This document shows positions 54,770 to 64,000 of a DNA stretch of 64,000 nucleotides, piece after piece (within the stretch, counting starts at the first letter, position 1; every line of letters starts with the position of its first letter). The notes beneath the pieces were generated by a model that did not search any database, was not told the origin of the DNA, and saw nothing but the letters and a program-made list of their open reading frames with translations. Source of the DNA: Octopus vulgaris (lineage: Eukaryota); assembly GCA_951406725.2 (NCBI GenBank), contig OX597815.1, positions 104,842,001 through 104,906,000 on the forward strand, read 5' to 3'. The position numbers were made by a program, and so were the translations under genes.

Positions 54770-54965
54770 TATCAAGCCGGGCAAAATGTTTAGTGTCATT
54801 TCGTCCATCTTTACGTTCTGAATTCAAATTCCACCGCGGGGTTAACTTAGTTTCATCCTTTCAGGGTCGATAAATTAAGTACCAGTTGCATATTGGAATC
54901 GATCTAATAGACTGGCGCCCTCCGCCAAATTTCACACCTTGTGCCTTTAGTAGAAAGGATTATTA
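54770..54965 (+). mobile_element. SINE family B
   Basis: Matches 21345-21557, including the CCTTGTGCCTTTAGTAGAAAGGATTATT end. Confidence 0.8.
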
Positions 54966-54988
54966 TTATTATCATTATTATTATTATT

Positions 54989-55477
54989 GAGTGAAAGAGA
55001 GTTCATGCCATCAAAGTGACACTGAGGTAAAATATACGAAGCCCAATATACCTATCATGACTACCCGTCTGATAAGGGTACACCAGGCACATGCATCACA
55101 ACCATATGTGCGCGACATGGTGATCTCATATCAAGATAAACAGCGCATGACCTTGCAGGTGGGGCCCAGTTAGAATTTTCTTCAGGTTGAGTAGCCCATC
55201 CCGCTCAAAAGGTCCCTGAATAAGGGTTGTTGAAAGAACCACCCATGTTTCCAGAGGTGAATTATTCAAACCCCAAAGAATCCCTCTCAACATATGGCTA
55301 TGATGCTCCCCCACTACTTCTTCTCGTGATCAGAGATGCACATATCGTCAGCCACTAAGGGACATGCTCAACTGGTTAAGGTCAAACAACTGGCAAGCAA
55401 ATCTGTGGTATTGAGCAGAATATTTGCTGTAGCCCATCTTTTATACCAAGACAAAACAATGTACATGATAACACTTC
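54989..55477 (-). mobile_element. ~560-bp (TAA)n-inserted element, copy 4, truncated
   Basis: Close reverse complement of copy 2, lacking about 55 bp at the ATGCCC end. Confidence 0.9.
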
Positions 55478-55544
<67 letters not shown>

Positions 55545-55643
55545 TCCCCTTTTTCTTCAACTTTTCTTCCATTTCTCGCCGAGTGTTTTCCGTACACCTA
55601 GGGCAGGGAAGCGCATTGTATACATTCCCAGATTACACACGCA

Positions 55644-55744
<101 letters not shown>

Positions 55745-56200
55745 TTTTATGTTTGACTTTTGCTTTACATTTGTACAAGTTGGCTCCAAGTCTCAGCAAG
55801 AGACCTCAAGAGACAACAAGTTCGTGTTGGTCTTATGCCTGGGGTGCCATATATTTGGTTCTGGACATAGTGTTGTTTAAGAAACGAAGAAATGTTTAAG
55901 AAACCATGAGAAAATTATGTGTTTATTTTAAAATTTGAGATTATATATAAAGTATTTTGCGTAGGAGATGGGCAGTTCCCATGAGCACATTCTTTTGAAC
56001 TTCTGCCATTTTGTGGTTTCTTGGTATCAGCCCTTTTGCTATCATTCCTAGGGCACCTATGACAACAGGTATTATTTTAGTCTTCAGGTGCCACATTTTG
56101 CTAATTTCTATTTCAAGATCTTTATACTTGCTCAGTTTTTGGTAGGTCTTGACAGATACGTTTATATCGATTGGGACAGTCATATCAATGAGGAGGCATT
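55745..56200 (-). mobile_element. R4/Dong-type REL endonuclease 3' fragment and UTR
   Basis: CLLIDMTVPIDINVSVKTYQKLSKYKDLEIEISKMW...PVVIGALG...GTAHLLRKIL. Confidence 0.85.
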
Positions 56201-58079
56201 ATTACTACTACTACTACTGAGTTCAAAGCCCACCGGGGTCAAGTGTTCTTTTCGTCCTTCCGAAATTGATAAAATACACATCCTTGAAACACAAGAATAG
56301 ATATAATTGACTGAGGTTTCCACAGTCATCTCTGATCTCTTTTCCTTTGTTCAAAATCAATAGTTCTCAAAATATCCAGCTATATTTAGCCTCCACCGTG
56401 GCCAGTCATTTATCACTAACACTACTTATCACAACAGATATTCTAAGATTTACTGCTTAAACATTTTGCCATCTTACGCAGATTGAAATCTCAAAACTCT
56501 TTGAGCGACAAAAGATCTATGGAACTTTAGGAGAAGCACAACTCGCGTTACCTTTCGCTACAGTGTTCCTTTGATTTTCTCGTTAAATTTTGGGGATGAA
56601 TTCATTCAGAACACTCTGGCACAAATGTAACTAGTGCAGAATTTGAGGAGGTTTAACTAAAAAAAATTCATCCCAAACAAATTTCGTCTTTCGTATTGAT
56701 ACTACACATCGCTTATTTGATAAATCTGACAATTAAAAACAAATATGATAAAGGTATCATAAATGGTTAGTTTACATAAATTATCCCCAATAATTTACAC
56801 GTGCGTGCGCATGCATTTAATACGCGCTAACAAGAAAATTCTTCACGCCTAAATGCAAAAGCAACGAAATAAATATGGTTTCCGAATGTTCGCGCATTAT
56901 GAAGTAAATACATATTTTTCAAAGACGATGCTTATGTAAGTCTTTTAACATTATTAGATTCTTTTCTAGTTACGAACGTGGTATATGATATTCCATGAGA
57001 TATTACTAAACTCCTTAGTTGATGTGAGGTTTAAATTCGGATATATTTAACCTGATATTTTTTCAATCCTCTGATCCGAATTTCACTGTAAATTATGACA
57101 TTGTCAACGAAAAACTGAACGCCTTTACCTTTTTTTTCATTGTTCCCTCCCTCAATTTCTTTTCTTTTTTTATTTCTTATTCTAAATATTAGTCGCTATC
57201 ACTATAAATGATGAATTTACTAAGTTGATCGTAGTATACAGGTTTATCTTACAATCGTACAAGTTGCTACTAGTAAATTTTTCCAACAGACCTTCCCGAA
57301 AATACACGTTGCAAAGTTTTCCTCTTATTAATATGATAGAAAATACTACACCAGGCACAGCTTGAAGAGTTTGGCGATGAACATTGAGAACAGGGAAATG
57401 TTTAACAGGATTCATTACCATTGCTGTCTTAAAATATTATCAGCTCACATAATTCGCCTGAACTTGTTGAAAATAAATGCTTTTTTACATGTTTGTTTTC
57501 TTTTATGAAGGAAAACTGTCAGAACTTTTTTCATTTCATTTTAATTACTTTCAGACGTAAATTACATTCAACTTGAATGATAACAGGAACGGCAACCTAA
57601 CTAAATTATACTATGTAAGATTATTTTATCAATATATGGGTGAGGATCCTCCGTCCGTCGCGATGATGAGTATATTTTTGCACGCACACATATGCACACA
57701 CAAACACACATACATACATAAATAGACACATACGCACACATACACACAAGAACACAGATTTCTGAAATCAATTTGACTTTTCATTTTCACCATGTCTCTC
57801 TAGCATTCTGCAGATATTGTTTCTTGACGTTCCCGTGCACTTTATCACCAAATTTGTATTTATCCCCTCATGTACATTCAATGGCAAGAATTTCTCTTAG
57901 AGTATTGAAGTATCCAGCTAATATTCGGCTTTCAGAAAGTCCTGGTGCAAACGAAAACACTTTATGGTAATTATTAGTCTCACAGAGTTGTAGAAGTAAT
58001 AGGAGGTGTAAGTAATCCGTAGTCTTGTATAGGAAATAAGTGCCAATTTTTTTCTTTTTGTTTCTTCTTTTAGTATCCT

Positions 58080-58290
58080 TCTCTTGTTTGAAAAGGCGGC
58101 TATTCTGGCGTACCGCCTTGAAGGGTTAAAACCCTTCGACTTCAGAACTTACTTTTTAAGTCGGACACTTATTCTCTCTTCTCTTGATCTGTTTTACCGA
58201 ACCGCTAGGCTACGGGGATGTAAACACACTAACACCGATTGCCAAGCGGTGGTGGGGGAGAAACACAGACACACACACACACATATATAT
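58080..58290 (-). mobile_element. SINE family A, 3' half
   Basis: CCGAACCGCTAGGCTACGGGGATGTAAACACAC block. Confidence 0.65.
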
Positions 58291-58574
58291 ATATTGTACG
58301 CATATACAAAAACGTGTGAAAACCTGTAAAAAAGCGTATACGTAGTTATATTCGACGGTGTAATTATGTGGGGGCGATTTGAAGTTGTATAACCAAATTA
58401 TGTTGCTTATTTTTTAATCACTAAGATTGTCTTTTGTCTCGGTTTTTACTTGACCACTTCCCTTTGCAGCCTTGTACTTAATTTACTTTTCGATTCCTAT
58501 AAGGAAAAGCGGAATTTAAAATTATATTTTTGTGACTTTCATTTGCTCCTTCGAGTGCTTCATATAGGCTGCAA

Positions 58575-61410
58575 AATGAATAAATAATTTTGGGGTCCCT
58601 CGACTAAGAACATCCCCAAATCCCCATTGAGCATGTATATGGAATCACTCATCCATAAAACCACGGAGTTCATTAACAGGCTGAGATGTCGTGCCTTCTT
58701 GGAGTTAAAAAAATAAAGGAAAAGATAATAAGAGGAACGGAACTGAAAATAGGTATTAACTTAAAACATGTAGGAATCCCACTCCTAATCTGGATCTTGC
58801 TAATTTTGAAAGGAACTTAATGAATATAATTAAGAATTTGAAGTTTTCCAAGTGTACAAACCCTTTTCGGAAAGTCTTATCGGAGAAAATATATTTCATT
58901 AAATCTTCACCGGATCTGCATATTCCTTCGGATAAAACCGGAAGTTTTTACTCCGTGCCGCTAGGTATTTACAATGATATGATACTTAAGGAACTTGATT
59001 CTGAATATAAACACGTGAAAAAGAATGCGCTGGAGCACATCAATGATACTCATCTTTATATTATTTCAAAGTTGGGCCTCTTCGATAGAACACAACCTTA
59101 CGTACCTAAAACTGCTTACTATCTCTTGAAGGACCACAAGCACGATTTTCTGTCGAATCCTGTTAGATTGATCTGCTCGACGAAGTCGGATCTGGGCAAA
59201 ATTAGTAAATACATCATTGATCGCATTATTCCCTTTGTGAGGAATAAGGTCCGGCTTCCATTGGGGAACTCCACTGGGAATGTTATTGTTTGGTTTAATT
59301 GCTTTGCGGACAGACAAAATTTAAATTTCATTCAATTTGATACATCAAATTATTATAATTCAATTTCTCTCATATTATTGAATAAAGCTTTAAGTTTTGC
59401 GCGTAAGTTTGTGGACATCCCTAAGTCCGATATTGATATTATACTGGCGGTTAGGTAGACTCTCATTTCTTTCAATGAGCATAATTGGATGGGGGTGGAT
59501 TCCCCTAATTATTTTGACATCACTATGGGGTCTTCGGATTCTGCGTAGGCGACCGATTTGGTGGGCCTATATCTCCTTTCTCAGATTAAGGATAGTTTTC
59601 CTCATTTAATCGGGGGATTGTATAGGGACGATGCACTCCAGGCCGTGCGTGGCCTGTCTAAGACAGCATTAGAAAGAGTAAGGAAATCTTTGAGAAGTTT
59701 AAAAAAAACCCCGTTAACCTCAACATTGTATTTAATGTTAATTCTAGGATTGTGAACTTTCAGGATGTTACTTTAAATCTAGATACGGGACTATATTATC
59801 CATTCCGTAGGCCGAATAAATCATTATCGAAAATTTACCCCTCCTCGAATCATCTGAAATCATCTATCGGTAGCATAGTTACTGCTATTTCGATTAGAAT
59901 TTCTAACCTATCGGCGAACGAGGATAATTTTGATCAGTATGCACCATTGTATAATAATGCTTTAAGGTTAAGTGTATATGATAGTAAAATCACATACATA
60001 CCCAATACGAAACTTAAGAATAAATTGGCTGGTTAGGAATTTATTTTAAAATGTTGGGAATAGATATAGGAAATTCAATAGCTTTAATAATATTAATTAT
60101 AAAAACGATAAAATTAACCTTGAAAAATCAAGTATAACCAAGAGTTCATGTTCTAGAATACGTGAAGTTATTTGGTTTGCCCCACCTTTTTCTTTTGGGG
60201 TTAGGGACTTATCTAGGTAATTTTTTAAAAGAATTTGAAGGATTTGAAGGATAATTTTCCTAGGAATTATAAGTACTTTTCCGTTTGTAACAAGTCGTCT
60301 ATTAAATTCTCATACTCGGTAATGCCAACCTTCGGGTCTATTATTGCATCCACGAATAAAAACAAAATAAGTAGGCAAGTTAATATGGGCTTTCCCTTTG
60401 GTGTAAGATTTGGTAATGGGATCGAGAGCATTAATAAGGATGCTCCTAATAATGCTAACTTGCTACACGCATCAGCATCCCCAGACCCAGAGAAACTGAT
60501 GTCTGCGACTAGGAAGGCAAGAAACCAGGTTAATAATATTAATAACAGTATTAGTGACAATGTGGTGTCTGGGAAAACTTGTAATTTTAGAAACCCTAAT
60601 ATATGTCCCCTTGCTGGGTTCTGCAAATGTGGTTTATAAATGTGTAGTTAAAGGAGGAGAGCAATCCAATAAAGTATACATTGGGAGCACGCTTAATTTC
60701 AAAATGCGATATAGGGTTGAAATAAATTCTTTCTCGAACGCAAAATATTGTAACTCTACCACTCTTTCTTACACGATTTGAAGAGGGCAGTTTGCGACGG
60801 AAGATTTGACCAGGCAACATTCCGTAACCTCCCTCAAAATAGATGAGGTGGTTCTTCTACCCGTTTACCTGGGAAAGCATGCTTCCAGGGTAAGGGTAGA
60901 AGAGGTTAATGTTGCCTGGCTGGTGGCCGCCATCCTATTAGGGTTGTAAGAGAGAGTTGTGGTCCCCCAAGCCACACCTGTTCCACAAAGGAATTGGCAA
61001 GGACGAGTCCTGGAAATAATTATCCATCCGCCTCGGGAGACTTGGAAAGATAGTGGAAACTATAACTGTAAGAGTTGTGGTGGATGACAGGACGCCTCGA
61101 TGTTTTAAATATGGTCAAAAAGGCCACATAAAAGCAGAATGCCCTCCGCCTGTCGTAAATACACCAATACAGGAAATCGCACTCACAGATGTAGTGGTAC
61201 TGTTGTTTATCATGCAATTTTGCAATAAGTTCCAAGTGGACACACTATATCATTGTTTTGATGAAAATTGTTCATTGCTTGAAAAATATTGCAGCAGTTT
61301 AAAAAATGTTTACATGTACTCAATTCATGAAATGTCATTGTTCGTCCCAAGACCTGATGAAGAGCCCTCCACAGGAGCAGGCTTAAAAGCCACCCAATAG
61401 GGCGACTTTT
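58575..61410 (+). mobile_element. Penelope-like retroelement, near full length, decayed (RT, GIY-YIG, terminal HHR remnant)
   Basis: STKNIP..FINRLR, SDKT, LKDHK..F..NP.RLI, FIQFD..YYNSI, FDITMGS, GLYRDD, NFQDVTLNL, SNH, WFAPPFS, CPLAG.C, NVVYKC..VYIGST..FKMRY; CTGATGA hairpin at 61354. Confidence 0.92.
60781..61185 (+). mobile_element. gag/ORF1-like zinc-knuckle fragment interrupting the Penelope element
   Basis: PRCFKYGQKGHIKAECP (degenerate CX2CX4HX4C) in a GC-richer block. Confidence 0.6.
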
Positions 61411-61416
61411 AAGCTT

Positions 61417-61447
<31 letters not shown>

Positions 61448-62987
61448 CATTTATACATATATATATACATTTATGCATACATATGTGCGTGTGTGTGTAT
61501 AGATATATATATCTATTTATATATGCATGTATATACATATTATACACACCAAGGGTAACACCTGGTGCTTAGACCAACGAATTCATCTATTCACGGAAGT
61601 GTAGGAGAAATTGGAAACGTGACAATTGTTTACTGTATCTGTTTTAGTATGTCTTCAATGTGTGTAACTATATTAACTTCAATGTATATGTGCATATTTG
61701 TGTCTTGCTAGACGTGTTCATTGACGAACTACATACATAGATACATACACATGCTTATATATGTATGAATGTATACCGACAGGCAGAGGTAAGGAATATT
61801 TCTGATTAAATAAGGATGTAAGAGCCCTTTTCATGAAGTAAAAAAGAAGAGTGAATGTGAAAACAAAAGAATTAGTAAGGTAAAAGTTATAAACATATTG
61901 AAAGGAGAGCAGTAAACATCAAGTTACATATGGTGAAAGAGAAAGACTCTTTAAGCCTTCGGCCTGTATATGTACTGAGGAACTCAGCGCAGTTTTACTT
62001 CTTCAGATGTCTACTTAGATAAACATGACATACCGCAAAATTATAAAGTGCCATATAACTACCAGAATGATGTAATTGTATCCTATAAAATACACACACG
62101 TATACACACATGCACACACACACATATATACGAATTCATATACATACATTCAGAGTTACACCATGCGCGTGCGCACACACGCACACCCACACACACTCAT
62201 ACAAGGGCACAGATAATGTTAATGTAATTTGGATGCTCATATGCGAATATTTATGGCTTATCAAATTTATGCTAATTAGTCAATAGCAATTCATATTTAA
62301 TCATGCATCGTCAGTGAAACTCAGATGCAAAGCACTCAATACATTTCATAGAGTATATTTGAATGTAAGCAGATAGTGACTGAAACGGCGTAGATTGGTG
62401 TCTACACACATATACACATATACACAAGCACACACACATACACACACATGAAAGGCAATATTAAGATACCCCCTACAAAAGAGAAAATATATTGTTGGAT
62501 AAAGTGCAACGTAAAAAAGTGGGACACACACGCACACGCACATGCACGCACGCGTGTGTACGCACATGCGCAGACGTATACAGTCTGGAAAAAATCCCCA
62601 GCCTTGGTTTACTTAATACATACCCAGGTTTATAGAAACGGGAAATTGATGGTGTAATTATTTAAATAGAAACAGTTGCATTTCAAGAGGTGGCGGTAAG
62701 AATCAAAGTAAAATAGAGAGATGTAAAAGCACAGAGTATCCACGAAATCACATATGTATACTTATAACCGCACATGCCCCCTCGTGTTTGTGTGTGTATA
62801 AGCGTACCTATATGTCAGTACACGTTGTTTGTGTTAGCATTTTACACACATGGGCGCGCAAACGCACGCACACACGCATCAAATATACAGCAAGAGAAAA
62901 AAGGATAGACAGTGGAGAGAGAGGGAAAAGTACATATTTGCATACTCATTTCCGTATAAATATGGACACATATATATTCTTACACTG

Positions 62988-63037
<50 letters not shown>

Positions 63038-63044
63038 ATGCGTG

Positions 63045-63232
63045 TGTGAGTGCTTAACAGCATTTCATCTGTCTTTATGTTCCGATTTCAAATCCCACCG
63101 TTGTTAATTTTGCCTTTCATCCTTTTGGCATCGATAAAACAAATACCAGTCAAGTATTAGGGTTGATATAATTGGCTTCACCCTCCCTTCAAAAATTGCT
63201 GGTCTTGTGCCAAAAATTTGGAACCATTATTA
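63045..63232 (+). mobile_element. SINE family B, degenerate
   Basis: TTTGCCTTTCATCC...TCGATAAA...TACCAGT...CTTGTGCC. Confidence 0.7.
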
Positions 63233-64000
63233 CAAACTTCCAAAGTAACAGTAGTAACACTTAAATCCATAATCTGGACACTGTACTCATTCTTTTATTC
63301 ATAGTTGGATTTAATTGTTACAAAAATTCATCACCTAAACGATGTAGTATTCTGAAGCAACTTTTGTTTGAGCTCACAAAAACATCTTTCCCTTTGTATT
63401 TTGGGTAATTCATACATTAAATAGAAACAGAGATTACAGCTGGCAACTTTGCGTAAAATAATGTGAGTAAATATTTACCGAAAATTTGTCCAGAAGCCAA
63501 GAATTTGTGTTACATATACTGTGGTTGAGGATTGTTCTAACTTAGTTATATAAATTTTCCTGAATAACATTTGCGAATTTGTGTATAATAATGTAGATTC
63601 CCAATTGTAATGGCTACAACTTTTGATTGTTTTTGTTCTATATCAGGTAATATATTTTATAACAAGATATATACATACATATTTAGTATGTGTATTCGGG
63701 TTGTTAAATAATTATTGATAAATAACCGTATTTGGTGGGCTGCTTATTGCATTCATAATCATCATACTAGTAGTTATATCATTTTTCCATATTTTTTTTA
63801 TTTACTCAGTATATTTGCAGCAAGAAGTTCTTATTGCATAAAATATGCTACATAATATGAAATAAATGAATAAAAAGAATTATCACAAAACTAAATGGTA
63901 TAGTTTCGAGTAGCTTCTGAGGCAGATCAGTGAGAAAACGCAGAGGGTAATAGAGCATCTCACCTACATGAATTACAAGGCTCCGCGTGGACTTCAGGAT

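Overview
Eukaryotic, AT-rich, microsatellite-dense DNA that looks intronic or intergenic. The SINE families and repeat content resemble an octopus genome, but that is my recognition only and is unverified. I see no convincing host protein-coding gene. The window is a mosaic of decayed mobile elements: a CR1/L2-group LINE, RTE LINEs, R4/Dong-type LINE pieces in (TAA)n, Penelope-like elements (PLE), a Gypsy pol fragment, mariner, DD37D/maT and pogo transposases, a Helitron end, MITEs and tRNA-derived SINEs. The most notable unexplained signal is a set of minimal hammerhead-ribozyme (HHR) motifs with covarying stems. Five fold-back palindromes lie in TA/TG microsatellites at 37.5-47.5 kb, and four have their symmetry axis in or just upstream of a full or partial HHR. 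One HHR has a swapped G3-C8 core pair. All alignments and folds were done by eye and element boundaries are approximate.
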